A DNA stretch of 64,000 nt from Thermoanaerobaculia bacterium (GCA_963719555.1 CAVRCL010000013.1:1463-65462); one strand, 5' to 3'. Numbered from the stretch's first letter, positions 46,082-56,447 are shown. Notes: generated from the sequence alone by a model not told the origin. Translations and numbers: made by a program.

Positions 46082-46611
46082 AGTGCCTCCTCGGGACCGG
46101 GTCCCCGGGTATTCTTGGTCGATGGTCCGCGCCCCTGCTTCTCGTGCAGCCGGCTGATGACCGAAGAGGGAAGAAGTCCATCGACCTCGGCACCGAACCG
46201 GGAGACCTCCTTCAGCAGGCGGCTGGAGACGTAGCTGTACTCCTCTTTCGGCATCATGAAGACGGTTTCTATGCGCGGGTTCAGGTGCCGGTTCATCAGC
46301 GCCATCTGGAACTCGTACTCGAAGTCCGAAACCGCGCGCAGGCCGCGCACGATGGTGCGGGCCCGGATCTGCTCCATGAACTCGACCAGCAGACCCGAAA
46401 AACTCTCGACGCGGAAGATGCCGTCACCCCGAACCAGCTCGCGGATCATCTCCATGCGTTCCTCGACCGTGAAGAGGGGGTTCTTGTCCTCGTTGTGCAA
46501 CACCGCGATGACCACCTCGTCGAACATCGGTCGGCATCGTTCGATGATGTCGAGATGACCGTTGTGGATCGGATCGAACGAGCCGGGATAGACCGCCACG
46601 CGACTGCTCAT
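46078..46611 (-). CDS. coaD: Phosphopantetheine adenylyltransferase
   Basis: MSSRVAVYPGSFDPIHNGHLDIIER...IVRGLRAVSDFEYEFQMALMNR...VSSRLLKEV contains the T/HxGH nucleotidyltransferase motif and CoaD core. Confidence 0.85.
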   Translation of the reverse strand: MSSRVAVYPGSFDPIHNGHLDIIERCRPMFDEVVIAVLHNEDKNPLFTVEERMEMIRELVRGDGIFRVESFSGLLVEFMEQIRARTIVRGLRAVSDFEYEFQMALMNRHLNPRIETVFMMPKEEYSYVSSRLLKEVSRFGAEVDGLLPSSVISRLHEKQGRGPSTKNTRGPGPEEAL

Positions 46612-48938
46612 CGCTTCACCTCGGAACTGAGATCGAACGATTCGTAGTTCAGCGCCGCGTCCGCGAGCCGCAGAAGCACGAGGCGCGCGGACGGGGGGAT
46701 GACGCCCAGGAGAAGTGTCTCGCTCTGCCCGTCGAGGAGCCCGTCTGCCGGTGCCACCGGCCGCCACTCGCCGGCGTCGATCGACAGCATCGCCTCGCGC
46801 AGCGGATTCAGCCGGTCCGTCACCTCGACTCGCCAGCCGTCGGCACGGCGCTCGGCCCGGCCTCGCGTCGGCGGCGAGTGATCGATCACCACCGGCTCGC
46901 TCTCCTGCTCGGCCGTCAGGGCCTCCCCCTCGTCCATATCGGTATTGCCCCGGCGGTCCGATGCCGTCAGGCGGAAACGATATCGCCCGTCCGGCAGCAC
47001 TGTGGCGTCGAAACCGTAGTGCTCCTCACGAAGATCCTCGGCGACCGCCAGCCAGTGAGCGGGATCGGTCTCCGCGCGCACCTCGAGCGCGAATCGCAGC
47101 TCGTCCCCGTTGGGATCGGCGACGCGCCAGCGCAGGGTCCGCTGCCCGCGCTTCCAGAGCTGCTTCGTGCGCACGTCGCCGCCCGCCGTCGCCGGCTGCA
47201 GACTGGTGAAGATGCCTTCCCGGTTCGGCCCGCTCGGCTCGTAAACCTGCTCGGCAGGATTGAAGTTCGCCGGCACGAGGATCTGCCCCGGGTCGAGCGC
47301 GCCGAAACGCTCGATCCGCGGCCGCTGGTTGACCTGCCGATACGAGGCCGCGGCGAGCTGCATGCGGGGCGAACGCCCGCCCTCCCCCAGCAGCTCGGCC
47401 TGCCACTGGAGAAAGCGGCCGTTGCCGATCGGTGGAATCGCCGCCTCCCAGCCACCCCCTGCGGGCACCCCCGCGCTCGCGGCGCTCCAGGGCGACCAGC
47501 TCGCGTCGGGCGTGGCGCTCGAGCCGGTGCGGAAGCGCACCCGCACGCTCGTTCCACTGGGGATCTCCCCACTCCAGCGAAAGACTCCGTAGCGGGCGAG
47601 GAGCCCGGAGTCGAGCGGGGCGCTGGTGAAGGTGCCGCTCGCCGAAGGACGCTCGGTGAGCCGGTACAAAGCGGCGGCGTTGGTCGTCAGGACGACCGGC
47701 ATGCCCGGGCCGGCGGCAACCGCCCAGTCCGGCTCCCCGCCCGCAACTGCGACCACCTGGCGCTGGTCGAAGTCGTGATCGAGCGTCACGGTCAGTGGCG
47801 GGATCGGTGCGCCTGCCAGACCCTCCGGCGTCCGCTCGACTCCCTGGACGCTGTAGAGACGGCCCTCGCCACCGGTTCCCATGAACAACCTGCGGCTCAT
47901 CCAGGCGACGGTGAAGACGGTCTCTTCCTGCGACGTCCACACCGGCTCGACGAGACCGGCCGCGGAGATCGCGACCAACTCGCTGCGCGGCCCGCGGGCG
48001 CCTGCGGGGCGTGACCCGCTGGCTCCGGCGGCTCCGGCGCCCGCCGGCTCGCTCTCGCCCTCCCCGACCACGCTCACCGTCGCCTGCGGTTCGGCTCCCG
48101 CGTCGCCGCCTTGAGGCGCCTCGGCGGTCGGCCGCGATGCCGCGAGATCGACGAGGCTCGCCTCCGACGCCAGCACGGCTGCGAAAACCGTCCCGCCCGG
48201 AGCCTCGGCGATCGCCACGACCTCCGACAGCGTCGAGTCGTAGAGCGTCCGTACGCCGCCGTCCGGCGACCGGCGGAGGAGCAGACCCTGTCCCGCCGTG
48301 CCGATCAGCAGCCCGCCGTCGCGCTCGGCGCGCAGGCTGCGCAGATGCGGGTCCTCGCCGTCATACACCATCTCTCCCTTGCCCGTGGCGTCGACGCGAT
48401 AGAGGTGTCCCTCCGTGCCCGTGGCGACCCAGAGCGCACCATCGGCGCCCCGCGCCAGGGCCCAGATGTACGTCTCCCCGGGGTCGAAGAACGGCTCCGA
48501 ACTGGCCTCCGTCCCGGGACGCAGGCGATAGACCTTTCCGGACGGCGAGGTGGCGATGAAGAGTGTGCCGTCCGGATCGGCCAGGAGGGCGAAGACGTTG
48601 GCTTCCGGGGCATCGAACAGGACAGAAACCGCGCCGCTCCGCGCCACCTTGAGCACCCGGCCTTCACCACCCGTGCCGATCGCCCATCCGTCCGCGAGCG
48701 CCGTCGCCGCAAAGGCGAAAGGCTCGGGAACCTGGGCGAGAGCTTCGACGTCGGCCGCGAGCGTCAGCACACCGCGGGCGTCAACCCGGACGCCTTCGAG
48801 CGTGCCGGCGACGAAACCGGCCTGCGAGTCGATCTGGTGGATGCGGACCGGACTCGCGCCGAGCGCAGCGGCCGAGACCAGGACTGCCGCGAGCACGAAA
48901 CGGCACCACTTTCGAGTGCCTGCGGAATCAGGTTTCAT
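46608..48938 (-). CDS. Large secreted beta-propeller-like protein (conserved hypothetical)
   Basis: Start MKPDSAGTRKWCRFVLAAVLVSAAALGA (signal). Recurrent ...GG.G.v.... / DG.L.v.T....G.lyR blades. Ig/Fn3-like C-terminal part. ATGA overlap with coaD. Confidence 0.5.
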   Translation of the reverse strand: MKPDSAGTRKWCRFVLAAVLVSAAALGASPVRIHQIDSQAGFVAGTLEGVRVDARGVLTLAADVEALAQVPEPFAFAATALADGWAIGTGGEGRVLKVARSGAVSVLFDAPEANVFALLADPDGTLFIATSPSGKVYRLRPGTEASSEPFFDPGETYIWALARGADGALWVATGTEGHLYRVDATGKGEMVYDGEDPHLRSLRAERDGGLLIGTAGQGLLLRRSPDGGVRTLYDSTLSEVVAIAEAPGGTVFAAVLASEASLVDLAASRPTAEAPQGGDAGAEPQATVSVVGEGESEPAGAGAAGASGSRPAGARGPRSELVAISAAGLVEPVWTSQEETVFTVAWMSRRLFMGTGGEGRLYSVQGVERTPEGLAGAPIPPLTVTLDHDFDQRQVVAVAGGEPDWAVAAGPGMPVVLTTNAAALYRLTERPSASGTFTSAPLDSGLLARYGVFRWSGEIPSGTSVRVRFRTGSSATPDASWSPWSAASAGVPAGGGWEAAIPPIGNGRFLQWQAELLGEGGRSPRMQLAAASYRQVNQRPRIERFGALDPGQILVPANFNPAEQVYEPSGPNREGIFTSLQPATAGGDVRTKQLWKRGQRTLRWRVADPNGDELRFALEVRAETDPAHWLAVAEDLREEHYGFDATVLPDGRYRFRLTASDRRGNTDMDEGEALTAEQESEPVVIDHSPPTRGRAERRADGWRVEVTDRLNPLREAMLSIDAGEWRPVAPADGLLDGQSETLLLGVIPPSARLVLLRLADAALNYESFDLSSEVKR

Positions 48939-48976
48939 CGCGTCCCTCTCATGACCGGCACCTACCTGCGCCCGGC

Positions 48977-50923
48977 TCATCTACCACTCCCTCGGCCAGC
49001 CGACGGCGCATCCCGATCCGGCGGGTGGCGGATCTCGACGTCGACGCGCAAGAGCCCCGAGAGCGGACGATCCCGCCGACGCGCCTCATTCTGCACGATC
49101 GCATTGCGCACGACGGTGGCGCTCTTGGTCCCCATCGCTCCCCAGATCGACCGCATCGAACCAGGGAGTCTCGGCAGCAGCTCGCCGGCGGTGGAAAGGC
49201 CGGCGCCGGAAAGCACGCCGAGGATGACCAGGTCGCTGCGCGAGTGGAGAGAACGCAGCAGGTCGAGCGCCTGCTCGATCCTGGTGGGCGGCGCCGGTGC
49301 AAGGGCCAGACGCGCCCCGTCGGAGCTCGCGCCGTCGCCGACCAGGAAGGAATAACGGCCGTCCGGGAGACCCGACGGCACCACCACCCGCTCGCTCCAG
49401 CGCACGCTCTCGCCGCGCCAGCCGCGGGCATCGATCTGCAGGTCGAGCGTCTCCCCCGGCGCGATGCGCGTCCGGCTCGGGCGCACGAAAGTCAGCGTCG
49501 CGGCGCGCGGGTCCGCCTGCATCCGGACGTCCACGGCGATGCCGCCGATGTCGAGCGGCGCGAGGTCGTTCTGGGTGAGATAGGCGAGCACGGCCATCAG
49601 GAACCCCACGGCGTCCCCGACGGCGCTGGGGCCCTCGAAGCTCTGGTCGAGAGAGAGCGCCGGTCGCTGTGGCTCGCCGGCAAAATCGACCCGCAGGGAG
49701 AGTTCCAGATTCTGCACGCCGCCCGTTCCCGCGGCGACGTCCCAGGCGCCCAAGCTGCCGATCGCCGCGAGCGCCGGCAGAAACTGCGGCATGCCGGCGA
49801 GCCGGAGGTCGAAGCGGCGCTCCGCTCGCGCCGGCGAGGGCTCCCGTCCGGCCGGCGCGAGCACCCGGACGACGAGCGGGACGGTCCGTGCCAGGGCGCC
49901 GATCCGCCCCACCGAGCCGTAGGTGTGGTCGCGCTCGAAGCTCCCCACCGCCGGACCTGAGTTGGCGAGCTTGAACGACGAGACCGCGCTCGGCATGACG
50001 GTGACGACTTCCGAGGTCGCGAGCGGCATGCTGATCTCGCTGATCCCGACCGCGGAATGACCGAAGGCGAGGAGCGACTCGCCGATGCGATCGGTGACCG
50101 TTCCGGTTGCGGCGAGACGCAGGTCGCCGTCCACGAAGAGCGCCGCCACCGAGCTCCCGGGAGCGAGATCCGAGTCGATCGTGGAACTCCGCCCACCGCC
50201 CAGCGCCGCCAGCGGCAGGGCCGAGGCGGGCAGCAAACGGGCGAGCCGGGCGCGCGAGCTCTCCGCGAAACCGGATGCGCCCCAGAGCAGCGCCGACCGC
50301 CCTTCGTTCGACACCGAGCGCGCGAAACGTTCGAGCTCCTCGTCGACACGCCCGGCGGAGATCCTTCCCGCGACGATGCCCGCTAGATCGGTCGTGGCGC
50401 CCGCACGGGCGGGAGCGGCTTGGGCGAAGAACGGCGGCGCCTCGTTGGCGATCGCCCGCATCGCCGCGATCGGCGTGATGCCCGCGATCGGCTCGGTCGC
50501 AAACGGCCAGGCAAAGGCGACGGCTCCGGCCAGGCGGCCGTCGAGGTAGACCGGGCTGCCGCTCATGCCGGCGATGACGCCGCTCTTCTCGAGGTTCTGC
50601 CCGGAGAGGCGGGCCAGGATGTAGCTGCCGCCGGGCTTCTGGTTTTCGAGCACTCCCAGCACCTCGACCTCGAAGCGCTCCGGTGTCGTGCCCTTGAAGA
50701 CCGAGAGCCCGTAGCCGCGCATCCCGGCGTGGATCTCCTCCACCGCGATCGTCGCGACTTCCTCGAACTTCGGCGGTGATGGATACGCGAAAAGACCGGT
50801 AAAGGAAAGAAAATACAGGCAGCTGAGACCGACGAGCGCTCCTGCAGGCACCCCCTTTGCTGAAAGCTTCTTTTGCACTTCTCTAGGCCCCTCGTCTCTG
50901 GGCTTGGCATCAACGAATTTCAT
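48977..50923 (-). CDS. Peptidase S55 (SpoIVB-like) domain protein
   Basis: ...MRGYGLSVFKGTTPERFEVEVLGVL...GVIAGMSGSPVYLDGRLAGAVAFAW... shows the SpoIVB-type serine protease GMSGSP motif. The long C-terminal region has unknown function. Start uncertain (50923 or 50956). Confidence 0.55.
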   Translation of the reverse strand: MKFVDAKPRDEGPREVQKKLSAKGVPAGALVGLSCLYFLSFTGLFAYPSPPKFEEVATIAVEEIHAGMRGYGLSVFKGTTPERFEVEVLGVLENQKPGGSYILARLSGQNLEKSGVIAGMSGSPVYLDGRLAGAVAFAWPFATEPIAGITPIAAMRAIANEAPPFFAQAAPARAGATTDLAGIVAGRISAGRVDEELERFARSVSNEGRSALLWGASGFAESSRARLARLLPASALPLAALGGGRSSTIDSDLAPGSSVAALFVDGDLRLAATGTVTDRIGESLLAFGHSAVGISEISMPLATSEVVTVMPSAVSSFKLANSGPAVGSFERDHTYGSVGRIGALARTVPLVVRVLAPAGREPSPARAERRFDLRLAGMPQFLPALAAIGSLGAWDVAAGTGGVQNLELSLRVDFAGEPQRPALSLDQSFEGPSAVGDAVGFLMAVLAYLTQNDLAPLDIGGIAVDVRMQADPRAATLTFVRPSRTRIAPGETLDLQIDARGWRGESVRWSERVVVPSGLPDGRYSFLVGDGASSDGARLALAPAPPTRIEQALDLLRSLHSRSDLVILGVLSGAGLSTAGELLPRLPGSMRSIWGAMGTKSATVVRNAIVQNEARRRDRPLSGLLRVDVEIRHPPDRDAPSAGRGSGR

Positions 50924-51470
50924 CTCGGCCCTTCCTGAGGATGACGACTTTCCCATCGCATAGCTCGACGAGGGTCGACGGCGGGCCGCCGGCCGTCTCG
51001 CCCTGATCTACGACGAGAAACTCCTCGCCGGATGCCGCCAGCCACGCCTGGGCGGCAGTCGGATTGGTGAACGGCGGTTCGCCGCTCGGGTTGGCGCTGG
51101 TCGCGGTGAGGGCGTGACCCAGTTCGGCGAGCAGTGTGCGCAGACCCTGATGCGCCGGAATACGTGCCGCAATCGTCGGCGCACCGGCACTCGCCGGGAT
51201 CGCAGCGGCGATGGGCAGTACCACAGTCAGAGCGGCCGGCCAGCGCGGGATCGCCCAGCCGAGCGCCGCAGACTCGGGGAGGGCGCCCAGAGCGAGCAGT
51301 TGCGCGATATCGGCCGCGACGACGGGAAGAGCCTTCCCGCGCTCTCTCCCCTTGAGCCGGTAGATCGCTTCGACGCCGCGCGGATCGCGCGGATCGACGC
51401 CGAGGCCGTAGCTCGACTCGGTCGGAATCGCCAGGACTCCGCCGGCCGCGAGGAGCTCTGCCGGGGTCAA
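50910..51470 (-). CDS. tsaC: L-threonylcarbamoyladenylate synthase (TsaC/YrdC/Sua5 family)
   Basis: ...GGVLAIPTESSYGLGVDP...AIYRLKGRERGKALPVV...TATSANPSGEPP...PSTLVEL... TTG start in a TTGA overlap with the recN stop. Confidence 0.75.
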   Translation of the reverse strand: MTPAELLAAGGVLAIPTESSYGLGVDPRDPRGVEAIYRLKGRERGKALPVVAADIAQLLALGALPESAALGWAIPRWPAALTVVLPIAAAIPASAGAPTIAARIPAHQGLRTLLAELGHALTATSANPSGEPPFTNPTAAQAWLAASGEEFLVVDQGETAGGPPSTLVELCDGKVVILRKGRDEIR

Positions 51471-53191
51471 CTCTTCACCCCCGCCGCGATCAGCATCTCT
51501 TCGGCGTGCGACAGCGAGAGCGCGGTCACTTTCTCGCCGGAGAGCATGCGGGCGATCTCGCCGACTCGTTCTGCGCGGTCGAGGCGCTCGACATCGGCGA
51601 ACGTGCGGCCGCTGCGTGTCCGTTTCGTCACCCGGTGCTGCACGTGGCCGCAGCTCGCAACCTGGGCGAGATGCGTCACGGCGAGGATCTGCCCGCGCTT
51701 TGCCAGGCGCCGGAGCTTCTTGCCGAGCGCCGAGCCTTCGGCGCCGCCGACACCGGCGTCGGCCTCGTCGAAGACCATGGTCGGCCCGCCCGCCACCTCT
51801 TCGCCTCGCGCCGCGAGCTGGAGTGCGAGCGAGACGCGCGCCAATTCACCTCCGGACGCAATGCGGGAGAGCGGCATCATCGGTTCCCCAGGATTGGGCG
51901 CGAACTGGAAGACGACGTGATCGTAGCCCTGCGCTCCGAACTCGACGCCTTCGCCGTCGATCCGCAGGGCGCTCGACGAGCGGCGGATCGTGTCGAGGCT
52001 GACGCCGAAACGGGCTTTGGCGAGGGCTAGATCGGCGAGCTCGCGTTCGAGCCGCGCGACGAGCTCCACCGCCCAGGTGGACCGCAGGCGACTGAGCTCG
52101 CCGGCCGTTTGCCGGTAGGCGTCGAGCGTGCGCGCGGCGGCTTCCTCCAGCGCAGCGCGATTCTCCAGCGAGTCGTCGAGCTCGGCGAGCTCGGCCTTGA
52201 GCCTGGCCTGGGCCTCGAGCAGCTCGACGCTGGTCGAGCCGTACTTGCGGAAAAGCCTCTCGAGCAGCGCCAGCCGATCCTCGATCTCGTCGAGCCGCCC
52301 GGGCTCGGCGTCGGCGCCGGCGTCGTCCAGACGGCCGCGCAGGTCGCGCGCCAGTTCCTGCACCCTGGCCTCGAGGTCGGTGAGCTCGGGGATCGCCGCG
52401 GCAGCGGTCGCCTCCCACTGCACGACATTCGCGAGCGCGTGGCGCGCCCTGGCCAAACGGTCCGAGACCGCCTCGTCGCCTTCGAAGAGAAACGCGAAGG
52501 CCTCACCGAGGGCCCGCGCGATGGCTTCGCGATGCCGCAGGAGGTCGCGACTCCGGCGCAGTTCTTCCTCCTCGCCGGCGACGGGTTGCGCCGCGGCGAT
52601 CTCGCCCGCCTGGAAGCGCAACAGGTCGATGCGTTCGGCGCGCAGACGGACGTCGCCCTGCAGGCGTTCGAGCCGCTCCGCGGCCTGCGAGTGCTCGGCG
52701 TAGCGTGCTGCGACCCGGCTCGCGACTTCGCGCCCTTTCTCGCCTCCCAGGCGATCGAGCCACTGGCGTTGGAGCTCCGGATCGGCGAGGCCGAGCTCGT
52801 CGCGCTGGCCGTGGATCCGCAGCAGGCGCGGGGCAAGCTCCTGCAGCATCCGCAGCGTCACGGGCTGATCCTGGACGAAGACCCGATTGCGTCCCTCGCG
52901 GGAGATCTCTCGCCGAATGACGAGCTCTTCGCCTTCCGGCTCGATTCCCGCTTCGAGGAGCCGCGCCCGCAGCGCGGAGTCGCACTCGAAGATCCCCGAA
53001 ACCGTGGCAGCCTCGGTCCCTTCACGAATCAAGTCGCCCGCCGCGCGCGCGCCGGCGAGCAGGGCCAGCGAATCGACGACCAGTGACTTGCCGGCGCCGG
53101 TCTCCCCGGTGAGCACGTTCAGGCCGGGACCGAGCTCGATCTCGCCTCCCGCCAGAACCGCCAGATTTCTCACGCTCAGTCGGCGCAGCAT
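51467..53191 (-). CDS. recN: DNA repair protein RecN
   Basis: MLRRLSVRNLAVLAGGEIELGPGLNVLTGETGAGKSLVVDSL (Walker A), long coiled-coil, ...SGGELARVSLAL...MVFDEADAGVGG... (signature / Walker B). Confidence 0.9.
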   Translation of the reverse strand: MLRRLSVRNLAVLAGGEIELGPGLNVLTGETGAGKSLVVDSLALLAGARAAGDLIREGTEAATVSGIFECDSALRARLLEAGIEPEGEELVIRREISREGRNRVFVQDQPVTLRMLQELAPRLLRIHGQRDELGLADPELQRQWLDRLGGEKGREVASRVAARYAEHSQAAERLERLQGDVRLRAERIDLLRFQAGEIAAAQPVAGEEEELRRSRDLLRHREAIARALGEAFAFLFEGDEAVSDRLARARHALANVVQWEATAAAAIPELTDLEARVQELARDLRGRLDDAGADAEPGRLDEIEDRLALLERLFRKYGSTSVELLEAQARLKAELAELDDSLENRAALEEAAARTLDAYRQTAGELSRLRSTWAVELVARLERELADLALAKARFGVSLDTIRRSSSALRIDGEGVEFGAQGYDHVVFQFAPNPGEPMMPLSRIASGGELARVSLALQLAARGEEVAGGPTMVFDEADAGVGGAEGSALGKKLRRLAKRGQILAVTHLAQVASCGHVQHRVTKRTRSGRTFADVERLDRAERVGEIARMLSGEKVTALSLSHAEEMLIAAGVKS

Positions 53192-53206
53192 TTTCGGTTT
53201 GGAGAG

Positions 53207-53587
53207 CTAGCCTCGGGTGAACGACGGAAAGTAGTCGGGATCCTCTTGCAGCTCGCGCTCCGAGCAGAGGAAGTCGTAGAAGCCGCAGCGCACGCTGCCC
53301 GGGTGCTCGCGGCAGATCTTGGGTCGCGCCTCGTAGTTGCCACACTGCCGTGTTTCGAGATTCAGGAACTGGCAGACCGAGCCGAAGATCGCATCCTTCT
53401 GGTGGCGCAGGACCCGCAGCTTTCCGCCCTGCACCAGCTTAGTGAAGCGCTTGGCGGCCGCCGCCGGCGTGAGCCCATGATGCTTCGCCAGGCGTTCGAC
53501 GTCGGCCGGCCCGGCCGGGATGTACTCGTAGGAGCAGCAGTGCGCCGGGCATTTCGAGCAGTTGTAGAAACGCGGCTGGCGCGACAT
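53207..53587 (-). CDS. YkgJ-family cysteine-cluster protein (UPF0153)
   Basis: ...YNCSKCPAHCCSY...CQFLNLETRQCGNYEARPKICREHP... shows the CxxCxxCC and C..C...RP..C motifs. Confidence 0.7.
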   Translation of the reverse strand: MSRQPRFYNCSKCPAHCCSYEYIPAGPADVERLAKHHGLTPAAAAKRFTKLVQGGKLRVLRHQKDAIFGSVCQFLNLETRQCGNYEARPKICREHPGSVRCGFYDFLCSERELQEDPDYFPSFTRG

Positions 53588-53698
53588 TTATGGATACTAG
53601 CAGCGGAGCTCGCCGGCGGTGCGCCAGGCTCGACGGCTTGCCTGGGCCTCGGCTGCCCAGGCCGCACCCCGTGGAAAGGGCGGGTCAGGTCCGGAGGA

Positions 53699-54712
53699 TC
53701 AGGCGCTCGCCGACACCGGAGCGGCGGGCGAAGAAGGCGGTTTCGGTTGCGTCACAACACGATTGCGACCCGCCCCCTTGGCGACGTAGAGCGCTCGGTC
53801 GGCGGCCTCGAAGAGGCTGTGGTCCATGGCCATGCCGGCATCGCGTTCGGCGATGCCGAACGAGCAGGTGACCGAGAACAGCGCCCCTTCGCGCGAGAAA
53901 GCGAGCTCGGCGATCCGGTCGCGCAGCTTCTCCGCCAGCGCCCTGCCGCCATCCAGACCGGTCTCGGGACAGAGCACCGCGAACTCGTCGCCGCCGAGGC
54001 GGGCGAAAACCTGCTCCGCACGAAGGTGCTCGCTCACCGAAGCCGCCACCTGCTTGAGCACCATATCGCCGCACAGGTGACCGTGGGTGTCGTTGACCTC
54101 CTTGAAGCTGTCGAGATCGAACAGCACCAGCGCCAGCGGCCGGTCGTGGCGCTCGGCCCGCGCGAACTCCCGCTCCAGCTCCTCGTGGAACTTGCGCTGG
54201 TTGAGCGCCTCGGTGAGGCCGTCTCTCATGACCATCTGGTAGATCGCTTCGTGGTAGGCGTGCTCGACATCCTGCTCGTGCAGGAACTTGAAATGCACCG
54301 AGCCGACCTGAAAGCGGTCGCCGCTGCGCAGCATCGCCGGTCCGTCCACCCGTTGATCGTTCAGGAAGGTGCCGTTCGTCGACCCGGCATCCTCGACCGT
54401 GACCTTCCGCCCTTGATGGCGCAGGCGGGCGTGGCTGCGGGAGATGGAACGCACCTCGGGAAGACTGATGTCGACGTTGTCGGCGCGGCCGATCTCGAGC
54501 GTCGCGCCCGCAACCAGGCGGTAACGCGTACCGAGGCGGGCATTGTCCGGATGCGCAATGAGGATGACGTTCGCCTCGAGCGCCGGGCGGCCGGACGCCT
54601 CCTCCTCGGCCTCGCGGTTGGCGACGGTGATGGCGCCGGTCCGCTGCCGATCGTCCAGATCCTCCATCCGAAAGCTGTCGGTGGAGGGCTGCCTCTGCCT
54701 AGCGCGGCTCAC
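53699..54712 (-). CDS. FHA-domain diguanylate cyclase (GGDEF)
   Basis: N-terminal FHA (...IGRADNVDISLPEVRSISRSHARL...VEDAGSTNGTFLNDQRV...). C-terminal GGDEF (...ALVLFDLDSFKEVNDTHGHLCGD...ARLGGDEFAVLC...). Confidence 0.8.
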   Translation of the reverse strand: MSRARQRQPSTDSFRMEDLDDRQRTGAITVANREAEEEASGRPALEANVILIAHPDNARLGTRYRLVAGATLEIGRADNVDISLPEVRSISRSHARLRHQGRKVTVEDAGSTNGTFLNDQRVDGPAMLRSGDRFQVGSVHFKFLHEQDVEHAYHEAIYQMVMRDGLTEALNQRKFHEELEREFARAERHDRPLALVLFDLDSFKEVNDTHGHLCGDMVLKQVAASVSEHLRAEQVFARLGGDEFAVLCPETGLDGGRALAEKLRDRIAELAFSREGALFSVTCSFGIAERDAGMAMDHSLFEAADRALYVAKGAGRNRVVTQPKPPSSPAAPVSASA

Positions 54713-54754
54713 TTGGGAGAGAGCGTATACCCGGCACCGGGCAAGGGCAAACGG

Positions 54755-55559
54755 CTATCGAGAAGGATCGGAGGGATCAGCGGCGGCGGTGGCGGTGGCG
54801 CCGACGGCGCCGACACCGGCGACAACCACGACCCGGGCGAGAAAGCGCCGCAGCAGGGTGGCGGACTCCGGCGAAGGACGGAGGGCCTGCTCGAGGCTCT
54901 CCATCGCGCCGTGGTCCGCCAGGTACTCCTCGCGATAGACGCTCGCCCGGTCGAGCATCCGCTCCCGGTCGAGCTCGACATGGAACTGCGCGCCGTAGAC
55001 CGGAGCCTCGGCGAGGCGAAATGCCTGATTCGGGCAGAGGGCGCTCGCCGCGAGCTCGATCGCCCCCGGCGGCAAGCGGACGACACGATCGTGGTGCCCG
55101 AGCTGGACGCCGAAGCGGCGCGGCAGACCGGCGAGCCAGGGATCGGCTTCGCCGGCCGGGCTGAGCTCGATCTCGTAGGTTCCGAGCTCCTTGCGGGCGA
55201 GGTCGGTGACGACGGTGCCGCCGAGCGCCTTGGCGATGAACTGGTGACCCCAACAGGAACCGAATAGCGGCTGGCGCGCGGCGACCATCTCCTCCACCAG
55301 CGCCGCGAGCGGCGCGGTGAACGGATACTCCTCGGTCACCGAGTGCGCCCCGGCGCCGCCGATCACGACGGCGTCGAATCCCCGGACGTCGCGCGGCGCG
55401 ACATCCGGCCGGTCGACGAGGTTTCTGTACGCGAACTGCTCCGACGCGAGACCCGAGAAGTGGATGAAGCAGTGCTGCTCCTGCCGTTCGACCTCGGGCT
55501 CGTCGCGGATCTGGAGGAGGAGGATTTTCAGCCGCGCCAGCGGATCCTCAGCGGGCACC
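54755..55559 (-). CDS. Class I glutamine amidotransferase (GATase1 / GuaA-N-like)
   Basis: GTG start. ...ILLLQIRD...FDAVVIGGAGAHSV...PLFGSCWGHQFIAKALGG...GAQFHVELD carries the Cys-His-Glu triad context. Confidence 0.65.
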
Positions 55560-56447
55560 GAACATGCCCTTGAGGATGTGGGTCGCGACCTCCGGGTTCT
55601 CGCGCAGGCGGCGAGTCGAATAGGGATACCAGTCGCGGCCGTAGGGCACGTAGACCCGCAGGCGGTGGCCGCCGGCAATGAGAATCTGGCGCAGCTCCGG
55701 GTCGACGCCGTGAAGCATCTGGAACTCGTAGCGTTCGCGCGGCACCTGCAGCCGGTCGACGAGCGCCACTGCGCCGCAAGCGAGGTGCTCGTCGTGGGTC
55801 GCGATGCCGACGTAAACCCCCGCAGCGAGAAGCTTCTCGAGCGCCCGGAGGAAGTTCATCCGGACGGTCTCATAGCCTTTCCAGGCCACCGCCCGCGGCT
55901 CGATGTAGATCCCTTTGCACAACCGGACGTTGGCGCCGGCCGCAGGCAGCGCCGCGATGTCGGCGAGGGTCCGGCGCATGTAGGCCTGGAAGACGACGCC
56001 GACGTTCTGGTGGCGAGTGAAGATTTCGCGGTAGATCGCCAGCGTGCGGTCGGTCGTGGTGCGGTCTTCCATGTCGATGCGCACGAAGTTTCCGTGCCCG
56101 GCAGCCGCAGCGACGATACGTTCCGCGTTCTCACGGCAGAAGTCCGCATCGATCTTGAGCCCCAGCGAGGTGAGCTTGATCGAGACATTGGCCGGCAGGC
56201 CGCGCGCCGCAATGGCGTCGAGCATGCGGACGTACTCGTCGGCGGCGGCGGTGGCCTTGGAGCGCTCGACGACCTCTTCGCCCAGCAGGTCCAGGGTCGC
56301 CATGGCGCCCTCGGCGGAGAGCCTCTCCACCACCCCAAGGGCATCCTCGAGCTTCTCGCCCGCGACGTAGCGGCTCGCCACCCGTCCGACGATGGCCCTG
56401 GGGACGAGCGGCAGTCCTTTGACGATCAACCAGCTGAGGATTCCCAT
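55548..56447 (-). CDS. Proline dehydrogenase
   Basis: Start MGILSWL. ...YVAGEKLEDAL...ATLDLLGEEV...VSIKLTSLG...VRIDMEDRTTTD...VVFQAYMRRT...VRLCKGIY...ATHDEHL...EFQMLHGV...VYVPYG..WYPY..RRL.ENP. Confidence 0.75.
   Translation of the reverse strand: MGILSWLIVKGLPLVPRAIVGRVASRYVAGEKLEDALGVVERLSAEGAMATLDLLGEEVVERSKATAAADEYVRMLDAIAARGLPANVSIKLTSLGLKIDADFCRENAERIVAAAAGHGNFVRIDMEDRTTTDRTLAIYREIFTRHQNVGVVFQAYMRRTLADIAALPAAGANVRLCKGIYIEPRAVAWKGYETVRMNFLRALEKLLAAGVYVGIATHDEHLACGAVALVDRLQVPRERYEFQMLHGVDPELRQILIAGGHRLRVYVPYGRDWYPYSTRRLRENPEVATHILKGMFGAR

Noticed and set aside
53640-53662. Perfect 8-bp hairpin GCCTGGGC-N7-GCCCAGGC between the GGDEF and ykgJ genes, as an intrinsic terminator.
   Set aside because: No U-tract follows on the transcribed (minus) strand. 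Short GC hairpins are common in this composition. Too weak to annotate.
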